From Acidimicrobiia bacterium (GTDB lineage Bacteria; Actinomycetota; Acidimicrobiia; Spongiisociales; Spongiisociaceae), in contig VXRE01000161.1 of the NCBI GenBank assembly GCA_009838635.1, forward strand, positions 2,485 through 66,484: a DNA stretch of 64,000 nucleotides. Reading direction: 5' to 3'. The notes under the pieces were generated by a model. That model was given only the letters and a program-made list of their open reading frames with translations, was not told where the DNA came from and ran no database searches. The first letter of the stretch is position 1, and every line of letters begins with the position of its first letter. A program made the translations under genes and the position numbers. Shown one piece after another: positions 1-9,500 of the stretch.

Positions 1-137
1 TGCTGCGCAAGCCCGAGGGGCTCCTGCCCAGCGTCCGGCGATCCCGGGAACTCCGCGGCGAGGAACTGTCCCAGGACGCCTGGCTTGACCGCCCGAGCGG
101 GGACGTTGAGGTCGATGCCCGGCCGGCGGGGGGCTGA
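1..137 (+). CDS. Branched-chain amino acid ABC transporter permease, C-terminal fragment (LivM-like), runs off the window start
   Basis: Open frame from nt 3 to TGA at 135-137 (..LLRKPEGLLPSVRR..). It lies 4 nt upstream of the LivG-type ATPase start. The RxPEGLL ending is typical of LivM-type permeases. Confidence 0.45.
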   Translation, partial: LRKPEGLLPSVRRSRELRGEELSQDAWLDRPSGDVEVDARPAGG

Positions 138-141
138 GGCC

Positions 142-918
142 ATGCTGGAGATCGGGGGCTTGCACAAGTCGTTCGGCGGGGTGCACGCCCTGGCGGGCGT
201 TGATCTGCGGGTTGATGAGGGGGAGATCGTGTCGGTGATCGGGCCGAACGGTGCGGGCAAGACCTCGTTCTTCAACGTCGTGACCGGTCTCTACCCCCCC
301 GACGGAGGAGACATCATGTTCGAGGGGCGGAGCATCGTCGGCCTCGAGTCGAGCGAGATCACCGAGGCAGGGATCGCCCGGACCTTCCAGAACGTCCGGC
401 TATTCCTCAACATGACGGTGCTGGAGAACGTCATGGTGGCCCAGCATTGCCGGACCCGGGCGGGCGCCTTCCGCGCCGTGTTGCGCACCCCGTTCCTGCG
501 GAGGGAGGAGGCGGAGATCGAGACCCGCGCCAAGGAGATCCTCGCGTTCTTCGGGACCAGGCTGGTGGGGTACCGGTTCGACCAGCCCGCCCTGTCGCTG
601 TCCTACGCCAACCGGAGGCGTCTGGAGATAGCGCGCGCGATGGCGACCCGACCCAAGCTCCTGCTGCTCGACGAGCCGGTGGCGGGGATGAACCCGCGCG
701 AGACCGCCGAGCTGACAGGGTTGATCCGCAAGCTCCGTGACGAGAGGGGCCTCACCGTGGTCGTGATCGAGCATGACATGCGGGTGGTGCGGGACGTGAG
801 CGACCGGGTGATCGTGCTCGACCACGGCACCAAGATCGCCGAGGGTTCCTATGACGAGGTGTCCTCCAACGAGGCGGTCATCGAGGCGTATCTCGGGCGC
901 CCGGCAGAGGTTGGCTGA
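142..918 (+). CDS. livG: Branched-chain amino acid ABC transporter ATP-binding protein (LivG type)
   Basis: MLEIGGLHKSFGGVHALAGVDL.., Walker A GPNGAGKTS, signature LSYANRRRLEIARA, Walker B LLLLDEP. ATG at 142 is preferred over the track start at 85 because it follows the upstream permease stop. Confidence 0.85.
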   Translation: MLEIGGLHKSFGGVHALAGVDLRVDEGEIVSVIGPNGAGKTSFFNVVTGLYPPDGGDIMFEGRSIVGLESSEITEAGIARTFQNVRLFLNMTVLENVMVAQHCRTRAGAFRAVLRTPFLRREEAEIETRAKEILAFFGTRLVGYRFDQPALSLSYANRRRLEIARAMATRPKLLLLDEPVAGMNPRETAELTGLIRKLRDERGLTVVVIEHDMRVVRDVSDRVIVLDHGTKIAEGSYDEVSSNEAVIEAYLGRPAEVG

Positions 919-1640
919 TGGCGCCCCGCCGGCCTGTGCTCGAGTTTCGCAACGTCCACACCCACTACGGGCCGGTCCACATCCTGAAGGGCGTCAGCCT
1001 GTCGATCTACGAGGGACAGATCGTCTGCCTGCTGGGCGGCAACGCTTCCGGCAAGACGACAACCCTCAAGACCGTCCTCGGCTTGGTCGCGCCGACGGCG
1101 GGAGAGGTGCTGGTCGAAGGGGAGGTGGTCAACGGATGGCCCACCGCCCGGATCGTGGCGCGGGGGGTGTCGATGGTCCCCGAGAACCGCCGGCTCTTCA
1201 AACGCATGACGGTCAGGGAGAACCTGGAGATCGGCGCCTACCTCCGCACGGACGACACTTCGGCCGACTACGAGCGGATACTCGACATGTTCCCGAGGCT
1301 CAAGGAGCGGCTGGGTCAGAGAGCCGGCACTCTTTCAGGCGGTGAGCAGCAGATGGTGGCCGTGGGCCGGGCGCTGATGGCCCGCCCCAGGGTCCTGCTG
1401 ATGGACGAGCCGTCGATGGGTCTGGCCCCGGTGCTCGTGGCCCAGAACTTCGACATCATCCGCCAGATAAACGAGGCAGGTACCACGGTGTTCGTGGTGG
1501 AGCAGAACGCCAACATGGCGCTGTCGATCGCCGACTACGGCTACGTGCTCCAGACGGGAAAGATCGTCCTGGCCGACACCGCTCGCAACCTGCTGGCCAA
1601 CCCTGAGATGCGACAGGCCTACCTAGGTGAAGTCGGGTAG
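918..1640 (+). CDS. livF: Branched-chain amino acid ABC transporter ATP-binding protein (LivF type)
   Basis: Walker A GGNASGKTT, LSGGEQQMVAVGRAL, Walker B VLLMDEPS. ATGA overlap with the livG stop (916-918). Confidence 0.85.
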   Translation: MAPRRPVLEFRNVHTHYGPVHILKGVSLSIYEGQIVCLLGGNASGKTTTLKTVLGLVAPTAGEVLVEGEVVNGWPTARIVARGVSMVPENRRLFKRMTVRENLEIGAYLRTDDTSADYERILDMFPRLKERLGQRAGTLSGGEQQMVAVGRALMARPRVLLMDEPSMGLAPVLVAQNFDIIRQINEAGTTVFVVEQNANMALSIADYGYVLQTGKIVLADTARNLLANPEMRQAYLGEVG

Positions 1641-1658
1641 CATTCCAGGTGTATCTCG

Positions 1659-1731
1659 GCCGGGTTAGCTCAGTCGGTAGAGCACTTCTCTTGTAAAGAA
1701 GATGTCACCGGTTCGATTCCGGTACCCGGCT
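1659..1731 (+). tRNA. tRNA-Thr (anticodon UGU)
   Basis: Hand-folded cloverleaf: acceptor GCCGGGT/ACCCGGC, D stem GCTC/GAGC, anticodon stem CTTCT/AGAAG with loop CTTGTAA, T stem ACCGG/CCGGT with TTCGATT loop. No encoded CCA. Confidence 0.9.
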
Positions 1732-1799
1732 CCGCTCCTCGGCGGTGGCTGCATCAAATCCACCGTTATGTACCGCTTGGTCGATACGCTGGGCGCGAA

Positions 1800-2042
1800 A
1801 TGCTCACGTCCCTCGAGAGGAACATCCTCGACTTCGAGCGTTGCTGGTGGCAACTGCCCGGTCCCAAGGACCGCGACATTCGGGTCGCCTTCGGGTTCGG
1901 TCCGGCCCGTTACTACCGACTGCTGAAGGCTCTGATGGACGATCCGGCTGCGCTGGCGTACGACCCGCTGACGGTGCACCGGCTCCGCCGCATCCGGGCC
2001 CGCGCCATGGACGCGACCGGATACCGGGTGGGTACGGTGTGA
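1800..2042 (+). CDS. DUF3263 domain-containing protein
   Basis: LERNILDFERCWWQLPGPKDRDIRVAFGFGPARYYRLLKALMDDPAALAYDPLTVHRLRRIR matches the conserved actinobacterial DUF3263 pattern as I recall it. Confidence 0.75.
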   Translation: MLTSLERNILDFERCWWQLPGPKDRDIRVAFGFGPARYYRLLKALMDDPAALAYDPLTVHRLRRIRARAMDATGYRVGTV

Positions 2043-2105
2043 CCGGTCGTAGAGCCCCCCGGATGTACTCCCGCGTCCCCGGGCAGGGACCGGCTGGAGG
2101 GATCG

Positions 2106-2684
2106 ATGCCAGGCCGCCACGCTTCCGACGATAGGCGCCGCCTCCAGCGCGATCTGCGCCGCTTCGGCCTGCTCGCCCTAGGCGTTCTGGTGGTCCTGAT
2201 CGGCGCCGGCTTCGCGGCTCGGACGCTGATCGGAGGCTCCACGGATGGCGATCCTGCGGAGGACGGTACCGCCGCGGCGGCCCAGACCGTGGCTACGACC
2301 GGCGCCCCTCCCGCCACCGACGCTCCGACCACGACCGCGCCGACGACCACGACGACAGCCGTTCCGACCACCACGACCACCGAGGCTCCTCGCCCGCCCG
2401 TCCGGCCACCCTCGCAAGTGGGAGTGCTCGTTCTCAACGCCACCTCGGTAGCCGGATTGGCCGGCCGCTTCACCGATGAACTGGCCGGCTTGGGCTACCG
2501 GACCGTTCCTCCGGACAACCATCCTGAGAATCTCGACTCCTCCGTGATCTGGTACGTGGAGGGATACGACCGGGAGGCTGCCGTCCTGTCCGAGCAGGCA
2601 CCGGATGCCGAGCTGGTGCTGTTCCCGGGCGACGCCCCGCGGGCGCCGATCACCGTAGTGCTGGGCGCGAGCTACCGAGAGTGA
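2106..2684 (+). CDS. LytR C-terminal (LytR_C) domain protein with N-terminal TM anchor and Thr/Pro-rich linker
   Basis: TM segment LLALGVLVVLIGAGF, TTAPTTTTTAVPTTTTTEAP linker, then VGVLVLNATSVAGLAGRFTDELAGLGYRTV...VIWY, typical of LytR_C. Confidence 0.7.
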   Translation: MPGRHASDDRRRLQRDLRRFGLLALGVLVVLIGAGFAARTLIGGSTDGDPAEDGTAAAAQTVATTGAPPATDAPTTTAPTTTTTAVPTTTTTEAPRPPVRPPSQVGVLVLNATSVAGLAGRFTDELAGLGYRTVPPDNHPENLDSSVIWYVEGYDREAAVLSEQAPDAELVLFPGDAPRAPITVVLGASYRE

Positions 2685-3607
2685 GCGCCGGCGGGGGGGC
2701 GCCGGGCTTCCACCCGTCGATGCGGGGTCCTCACGCTCGAGCCCGGCGGCGGCGGGCTCGGGTCGCATGGCTCGTCCTGGCAGCCGCAATCGTGCTTCTC
2801 GGGGCGGTGGTTGCGGCCGGGGGACTGCTGAGGCGCTCGGTGGTCCTGGACCTGGTCTCGTTCTGGCCGGGCTGGATCGTCACTGCTGCCGTGTTCCTTG
2901 TCCATCAGAGGGTGTCGGGAGTCGGCCAGCGTCTGCCCGGTTACGGCCCCGGCCCGGTCTTGCCGTACTCGTTGACGGGATGGCTCGTTGTCGTGCTGGT
3001 CCTTCATGTGGCCGGTTGGGAGATGCTGCCGTCGTCGGCCGACCGGCTGGAGGGTCCGGCCGTCACCGATCGGATCGCCACGGTCTCCATGGATGTCCGG
3101 CTTGGAGGCGCGGTGATGGTTGAGGCGGGTGCTGATCTCCTCTACGAGGTGTCCAGCCTGGCATCCGCAGGCGCGGTGGCGCCTCCCCGGGGCGAGGAGC
3201 TGCTGACGGGGGACGACCTGGAGGTACGGCTCCGGGAGGGAACCGAGGCAGGATGGTTCGGATCCTCCGGCTGGAAGCTGGCGCTCAACCCGGGCCGCGA
3301 CTGGGCTGTGGCGGTCTCGGCCGCGGAGGTCCAGGCGGATTTCAGGGGCCTGTCGCTCAGGTCGCTTCGAGTGGAGGCGGACGGTGCGATCCGGCTCGGC
3401 CCGGCCCGGGGCGACGTACCGGCGTTGCTGGCCGGCGCCCTGGTCGTCGAAGTCCCTGCAGGGGTGTCCGTGGAAGTCTCCGGACCGGTCACGGTCGGGT
3501 CGGGCTGGGACGCAACCGGCGAGGGAGCGAGTTACCGAGGTGACGGCACGGGGCGTTACCTGATCGAGGTCGACCCGGATTCGGATGTGGTGGTGAACCA
3601 GGCATGA
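2681..3607 (+). CDS. Hypothetical membrane protein with beta-strand-rich C-terminal domain (possibly DUF4097/LiaG-like)
   Basis: GTGA overlap with the upstream gene. N-terminal TM helices, then C-terminal alternating V/E/G strands (VVEVPAGVSVEVSGPVTVGSG). The overlapping 359-aa antisense ORF is Arg/Pro-rich junk. Confidence 0.5.
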   Translation: MSAGGGAPGFHPSMRGPHARARRRRARVAWLVLAAAIVLLGAVVAAGGLLRRSVVLDLVSFWPGWIVTAAVFLVHQRVSGVGQRLPGYGPGPVLPYSLTGWLVVVLVLHVAGWEMLPSSADRLEGPAVTDRIATVSMDVRLGGAVMVEAGADLLYEVSSLASAGAVAPPRGEELLTGDDLEVRLREGTEAGWFGSSGWKLALNPGRDWAVAVSAAEVQADFRGLSLRSLRVEADGAIRLGPARGDVPALLAGALVVEVPAGVSVEVSGPVTVGSGWDATGEGASYRGDGTGRYLIEVDPDSDVVVNQA

Positions 3608-3668
3608 GGAACCCCGGGCACCGGCCGCGGGCCGGTAACCTGACCGGCGGAGAAGGGTCAGGCGAGAA

Positions 3669-4958
3669 GTGAACCAGCAGGATCGCGAAAGGCTTACCAG
3701 GCACGACTGGCTACGGGGCGTAGGCGTGGCGGCCTGGAGCATCGTGGGCATTTTCGTGGTGATCGCCGTTGTGGCGTGGGCCGTCTACCAGGTGCGGATC
3801 ATCTGGGCGCCGCTGATATTCGCGGTACTCCTCGTCTACCTGGTCAAACCGTTGATCGACTTCCTCGAGCGCTTCAGACTCCCGAGGGTTGCGGGGGGGT
3901 TTCTCGTCTACCTGGTGCTCGGTGGCGTACTGGTGCTGATAGGCGTGCTGATCGTTCCGATCATCAGCCGCCAGACGGTCGAGCTGGTGGACCAGGTCCC
4001 CGAGGTGATCGACAGCACCTTCAACCTGGTGGCGGACGTGGCAGCGTCTCTCAACCTGCCGATCGAGTTAGCGGGCGTCGACTCGATATCCGACGAGTTG
4101 GTGGGCTGGTTCTCGGATCCTTCCAACCGCGAGGTGATCCTGGAAGGACTTTCCCGGGCGGGAGAGCTCGCCAGAGGGCTGCTGGAGGGGGTGGTGGTCG
4201 TCCTGCTCGCCCCCGTGCTGGCCTTCTACATCGTCGTGGACGCCCACAATCTCCGGAGAGCGGCTGAGCGGCTGATTCCGGCGGCCGATCGTGCCGAGGT
4301 GGTCCATCTGGCCCGCCAGGTGGGCAAGGCCTTGGGCGGCTTCGTCCGGGGCCAGCTGGTGGTGGCGGCCATCGTCGGAGTCCTGTCCAGCACGGTGCTG
4401 TGGATACTCGACCTGCCGTTCTGGTTGATAGTCGGCCTGCTGGCCGGGTTGCTCAACGTCGTCCCCTTCATCGGTCCGTGGGTGGGAGGTGCGCTCGGGG
4501 TGGCGACCGCGCTGATCGTGGGAGATCCGATCCGGGCGGTCTGGGTCGTCATCGCCTTTCTCATCATCCAGCAGTTCGACAACCACTTCGTGAGCCCGAT
4601 GGTGCTGCGCGTGGCCGTCCATCTGAGCCCGGTCACCATCATCCTGGCGTTGCTGGCCGGCGGGTCCATCGGGGGCCTGCTGGGCGTGCTCATCGCCGTA
4701 CCGACCACCGCGGTCTTCAAGATCATCATCGGCCATCTCTGGCGCACCCGGGTGCTCGGAGAGTCCTGGGAGCAGGCCGCCTCGGCCGTGGTGGTGGAGT
4801 ACGAGGTGGAGCCCTTAAGGGAGCGTTTCCGTCGTGGTGGGGCGGAGGCGAGCAGGGCTGACGAAGAGGATGGGGGAGGACCGGCCGCCGCTGATGGTGA
4901 CATCGCCGACCCGGATCGGACAGGATCCGGCGATAACGATTCCTTGACGGATAGCTGA
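3669..4958 (+). CDS. AI-2E family transporter (PerM/UPF0118)
   Basis: Multi-TM protein with ..LLNVVPFIGPWVGGALGV.. and ..FDNHFVSPMVL.. motifs typical of the AI-2E family. Acidic C-terminal tail. Confidence 0.8.
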   Translation: MNQQDRERLTRHDWLRGVGVAAWSIVGIFVVIAVVAWAVYQVRIIWAPLIFAVLLVYLVKPLIDFLERFRLPRVAGGFLVYLVLGGVLVLIGVLIVPIISRQTVELVDQVPEVIDSTFNLVADVAASLNLPIELAGVDSISDELVGWFSDPSNREVILEGLSRAGELARGLLEGVVVVLLAPVLAFYIVVDAHNLRRAAERLIPAADRAEVVHLARQVGKALGGFVRGQLVVAAIVGVLSSTVLWILDLPFWLIVGLLAGLLNVVPFIGPWVGGALGVATALIVGDPIRAVWVVIAFLIIQQFDNHFVSPMVLRVAVHLSPVTIILALLAGGSIGGLLGVLIAVPTTAVFKIIIGHLWRTRVLGESWEQAASAVVVEYEVEPLRERFRRGGAEASRADEEDGGGPAAADGDIADPDRTGSGDNDSLTDS

Positions 4959-4962
4959 CCCC

Positions 4963-6027
4963 ATGCTGGACATCCTCGTGCTGTCCGGCCTGGGATTGGC
5001 TCTCGTTCTCGGGTACCGGCGGGGGTTGCTGAGCGCGGCCGCCGGACTGGTGTTTCTGGCGGTCGGGATCGTGGTGGGATACCGCGTCGGACCCGTCGGG
5101 CAAGGCGTGGTCGAGTCGTGGACCGGCGCCAGCCCCCTGACGTCGCGGTTCATCGCGTCAGCAGTGGTGTTCCTGGTCGTCTTCCTGGTAGGCCGCGTTC
5201 TGATCCGACGGATTCTGGTCCTGTCCGGACCGGTGCGGTTGGTGGATCAGGTCGGTGGAGCGCTCGTTGCGGCGGCGGCGTTCGTGGTGGTGGCCGGTCT
5301 TCTGATCCTGGTTATCGCGAGCGCGCCCTACCTCCCGTCGGCGGTGGTGCAGGCGCTCGATCAGTCGAGGGCTGTCGCGCTGGTCACATCCGAGGGACCG
5401 CGCTTCACCCCGGGCATCAGCCGGCTTCTGGGCGACCGGGTTCTCGAGTCCTACCTGAACCTCAGGAGGTTGTCGGAGGAGAGTCCGGTACTGCTTGATG
5501 GCGTTGGTGACGGCGGTGCGGATGTCTCCGCGGTTGGAGATGCGGTGGAGGACCTCGCCGTCCCGGTGATCCAGCTGCTGGACAGGTTGGTGGTAATCGA
5601 GGGCGATGAGCGGGTGGAGATCACGCCGGCTGTGGGACCGGTGCAGGCTCGCCCCGATCTGGCCACCGAGTTGCTGGACCGGCTGAACCTGTTCCGGGTC
5701 GAAGCCGGCGAAGAACCGCTGGCATGGTCGGCGGCGCTGGCGGAGATCGCCGCCGGGCACGGAGTCGAGATGTACGAGGAAGGCTACTTCTCCCACGTCT
5801 CGCCGGGCACCGGGTCGGTGGCGGATCGTCTAGCCGCGCAAGGGATACCGTTCCGGATCGCCGGGGAGAACCTGGCCCTGAACCCGACCGTGGACGGTGT
5901 CCACGGCGGCCTGGCCGCATCGCCCAGTCATCGCGCCACCATGCTGGAGACACGCTTCACCCGCGTGGGGATCTCGGTGCATGACGGTCCGCTCGGGCTG
6001 ATGGTGGTGCAGGTGTTCACAGGGTGA
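4963..6027 (+). CDS. CvpA-family membrane domain fused to a C-terminal CAP/SCP (YkwD-like) domain
   Basis: N-terminal 4-TM CvpA-like region. C-terminus LNLFRVEAGEEPLAWSAALAEIAAGHGVEMYEEGYFSHVSP...GENLA...HRATMLETRFTRVGISV is CAP-domain-like. Confidence 0.65.
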   Translation: MLDILVLSGLGLALVLGYRRGLLSAAAGLVFLAVGIVVGYRVGPVGQGVVESWTGASPLTSRFIASAVVFLVVFLVGRVLIRRILVLSGPVRLVDQVGGALVAAAAFVVVAGLLILVIASAPYLPSAVVQALDQSRAVALVTSEGPRFTPGISRLLGDRVLESYLNLRRLSEESPVLLDGVGDGGADVSAVGDAVEDLAVPVIQLLDRLVVIEGDERVEITPAVGPVQARPDLATELLDRLNLFRVEAGEEPLAWSAALAEIAAGHGVEMYEEGYFSHVSPGTGSVADRLAAQGIPFRIAGENLALNPTVDGVHGGLAASPSHRATMLETRFTRVGISVHDGPLGLMVVQVFTG

Positions 6028-6446
6028 CCAGCGGGCTGACCCCCATCGCCGCCGAACTGGCCTCTGCTCTGGTGACCGCCTACGCGCCGTACGTCCGCGG
6101 CAGGGTCGCCTGCCTAGGCCTGGAGGTTCCGCCGGGTCTGGACGATGCCATCCAAGAAGGCCGCCTGTGGCTGGAGACGGCCCTCCGGGACCTGCTCGGA
6201 CGACCCTTCGCGAGCCAGGATCGAGGACCCCTCGAGCTGTTCCAGGAGGCCCTCAGGTTCCCGACCGCGGCTCTGGAGCAGGCCGGGCACCAGCCCGTGC
6301 CCAGAGACGAACTGGTGACCAACGCCTTGCCCGGAGACCTGTTCGACCTGGCGCCCGCATCATCGAACGACCTGGGCGAAGCCGCCTGGACAGCCCACCT
6401 GACATGGGGAGCCTCCAAGGCGGCCGCGATGACCAAGCCGGTGTAA
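6024..6446 (+). CDS. Hypothetical protein
   Basis: GTGA overlap with the upstream gene and plausible composition. No family recognised. Confidence 0.5.
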   Translation: MTSGLTPIAAELASALVTAYAPYVRGRVACLGLEVPPGLDDAIQEGRLWLETALRDLLGRPFASQDRGPLELFQEALRFPTAALEQAGHQPVPRDELVTNALPGDLFDLAPASSNDLGEAAWTAHLTWGASKAAAMTKPV

Positions 6447-6494
6447 TAGCCGAATCGCGGTCCTCTCACGCGAAGTCCGATGGCTGTAGGCCGT

Positions 6495-6543
6495 TTCTGC
6501 ACATTTATGCTTGAGGGATTGAGCAATTCTGCACATGTATGCT
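6495..6543 (+). promoter_or_regulatory. Two copies of a 17-bp direct repeat TTCTGCACAT(T/G)TATGCT upstream of the giant gene (candidate operator/promoter elements)
   Basis: Copies at 6495-6511 and 6527-6543, 16/17 identical, 32 bp start to start. Each ends in a -10-like TATGCT and contains GCA-N6-TGC dyad symmetry. They lie 36-84 nt upstream of the GTG at 6579. Confidence 0.4.
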
Positions 6544-6578
6544 GCGGCGCTCGTTGATCGAAAGAGTGAGCCATTGAT

Positions 6579-9500
6579 GTGATCGAGAGCAGAGAGGAAC
6601 AGCCACCTGACATTGCCGGAATCGTCCGCGATCCACGCGACGAAATCGAAGCGATCCAGTCTCTCTTGGCTGATGTCTACAGGGATGCTGGTGATGGACG
6701 CACACTTTTCCGCGAGCTTGTTCAGAACGCGGACGATGCCGAGGCGCGCCGGCTCACGCTCGTAGTGCTGGAGGATGGCTGGCGCGATGCGCAAAACAGT
6801 CTGCTCCGTGGCCCCGCACTACTGGTTGCTAATGACGGGCCGTTTCCAACGAAGGATCGCGAGGCGCTGCACAAGGCCATCGGTGGGTCGAAGAAGGCTG
6901 ATGTCGACAAGATCGGAACGTTCGGGATTGGGCTGAAGAGCGTCTTCCACATCTGTGAGGCGTTCCTCTACATTGGCGCCGCCCAATCCGAGTGGTGGCC
7001 GGGGGTACTCAACCCATGGTACGGCACGGGCGAGGACGGACGAGGAGATCCCCTTTTCCCCGATTGGGACGTAGTAGGCGAAGAAGATCGACAGAGGCTT
7101 CGGGTCGCTGCAAGGCACCTGCTCGGAGAGACAGACGGCGGCCTACTGCTGTGGATTCCGCTGCGGCGCAACGAGCATGATCGGGGAACCGGTGGTCGAT
7201 TCTGGTTGGCGAGTCATTGTCCAGTGCCTCAAGAGATTTGTTCCTGGTTCGGCTCGTCAACGCCTGCTGCTTTGCTGCTGGCACAGTGCGGGCATCTCCA
7301 GAGCATCGATACGCGGCGTGCCACGAACCCCGAGACGCTGAGCGACAGCGTGACGCTGATGAGCGTCTCTCGACCACCGAGCCGGTGGCTAGGGCGCTAC
7401 CAAGAGGAAAGCACTTGGTTTCTCGAGCGACGTTTCGGCGGCGAGATTGCTGCCACGAAGTCGATGTGGTCCGTGGTCGGAGTCGAATCGCTTGACGGCA
7501 CAAGTCTGGTCAGCCTTCGCGACCACACCGATTGGCCACGGATCACTGTGAATCGGAACGGTCGTCATGAGTGGGCTCCGAGGAAGGCGCTCGCTCACGC
7601 CGCAGTAACGGTCCTTCGGCCCGTCGAGACTGATGCCTACCAATTGGGGACGCGGCTGCGTTGGGCCGTGTTCCTTCCGCTTGATGACCATCCCGAGCCG
7701 GGTTCCAGTGCGATCGTCAAGAGCAACGGGCCGTCGCCCGCCTGGGACATCATCCTGCATGGCTACTTCTGGCCCTCGCAGGATCGCCGGTCCGTTCCTG
7801 GAGTCACCGACCAAGAGGGTGATCCCTCGAGCGGCAACGACATGCGTGTTCGTTGGAATCGCAGACTATGCGAAGAACTGTTGCTTCCCCTGCTGCCACG
7901 CGCACTCGCGGCGGCGGTTGACGGAGTGGAAGAAGAAGCAGCCTTATCGCTGCTACAGCGGGTAGAGGCCTCAGGCATGCTCGAGAACCGCATGCCGTTC
8001 GTCACGCGGCGCCATTGGCTACTGCCGGTCCTTGCGTACAACCGCGCGCATTGGAAAGTAATTGCTGCCGACGCGAGCCTGGTCTTGTCCATCCCGAATT
8101 GGGGCAGGGCGCCCGAGGACGTTCGCGAGCGCTTCTTGGCCTCTTGTAGGGCCGCCGCGGGCGATACGGTGTTCATTGAGGAAACCGCGCCTCGGCTCTC
8201 GGGCGAGCTTGGCGACTGGACCGTAGGTCATCTGGAACTTCTTCTCGGCAGCATTCCCGTAGGCGCATTCGCATCTGTCGAATCGCTGAGGTGGATGGCT
8301 GGAGTCGCAAGTCACATCCTCGGCATGGATGAAAGGCCCCAGGACGCTCGAATGGGGGTCTTCATCCGATGGCTTGTGCAACGGATAGGCGAAGGCGCTC
8401 TTACTCCCACTACCAGACAGTCCTTCACGAGCGAAACTCGTGAGGAGTTGCGGGCTGAATGGCGCAACCTGTGTAGGAACATCCCGGACGGATGGCTTGT
8501 CGAAACGGCGGTGGACTCGCGCCAAGCCGTACAGGAGCTGGCCAACTGTGATGGGATCCTTGGGAAGGGCCTGTTCCTGCTACCGGTCGGACGCCGGTCA
8601 GGAGATCCGGAGCATCCTCTAGACCTTGACAGCGACCAACTGGACCGCGCGCTCACAGCCTTGGGGAACCTATTGCAGGCGGGCGGAGAATCCGAGGGAT
8701 TGCGGCGCTCCAGGCTGCTCCTAAACGAGACACTTCTCTCCGCACGGCTCGAGCGTCACATGGACGCCGGTCTTTGTGGGCTACCGATTCTCCGAGTGAC
8801 CAGGTTGCCGGACGAGATCGAGGAAGCTTGGTCCGTTGCCGATCTTCGTCGCCAGATCGAGAACCGCCGGGTCTTCGACAGGGGAGACAAGGCTGCCACA
8901 AAGGACCTCTCAACGGCGCTCGACGCGCCTGTCTGGTTGGTGAGCGGTGAAGCTTTGGCATCCATAGGCGCCGATGTGCCGACTCCGGAGCCCGAGGCTC
9001 TCGCCGATGCAGTGCTTCAGGCCAGAGAGTTCGCTGAGTCCGGCTCTCGAAGGCCCTTGATCCATCGTCTCGTGTCGAACATTTCAGGCAGCAATACCAA
9101 AGTTCACCTGGCTGCGCGTGCGCTCCTTGCGGGGCATACTGCCGACGTAGTCGGACTTGACACAGAACTGTTCCAGGCTCGCGGCGAGCACCGGAGCGCG
9201 CTGCTCATCTTGCTGCGCTTACTCGACCAGTCGTGGCGGGCCGTTGACCGGCGGGTGGCGGGCTCGCTTTCGCACAACACCCTCGAGGCTTTCTCTGTGA
9301 GTCAGGCCGATCTTGAAGCGCTGCATCGCCTCCTCGATGAATGCCTGGTCAGCCAGGTGGATTGGACGACGCTACGGAACGAGGAGGCACTGCTCCTACT
9401 CAAGCACTCATACAGCACAGACCCGGCATTACGACACCGCTGGCGCGATATGCCCCTGCACCGGGACATCGACGGAATGCGTGGAGCGTTCGACGACAGT

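Noticed and set aside
2672-3751. 359-aa antisense ORF, and similar long antisense ORFs such as 34197-35657(-), 38197-39737(-), 45207-46304(-), 56086-57930(-), 61090-62871(-), 17892-19055(+), 42215-43504(-) and 50732-51850(-)
   Set aside because: Their composition is Arg/Pro/Gly/His-rich and low-complexity. They lie opposite genes with strong family signatures. Long stop-free antisense frames are expected at this GC content.
6447-6578. attL-type direct repeat of the tRNA-Arg 3' end at the left island border
   Set aside because: Only a trivial GCGAAGNCC resemblance to the sequence at 19229-19237 was seen. No copy of the GGTTCGAATCCTGCCGCGGGCG segment was found.
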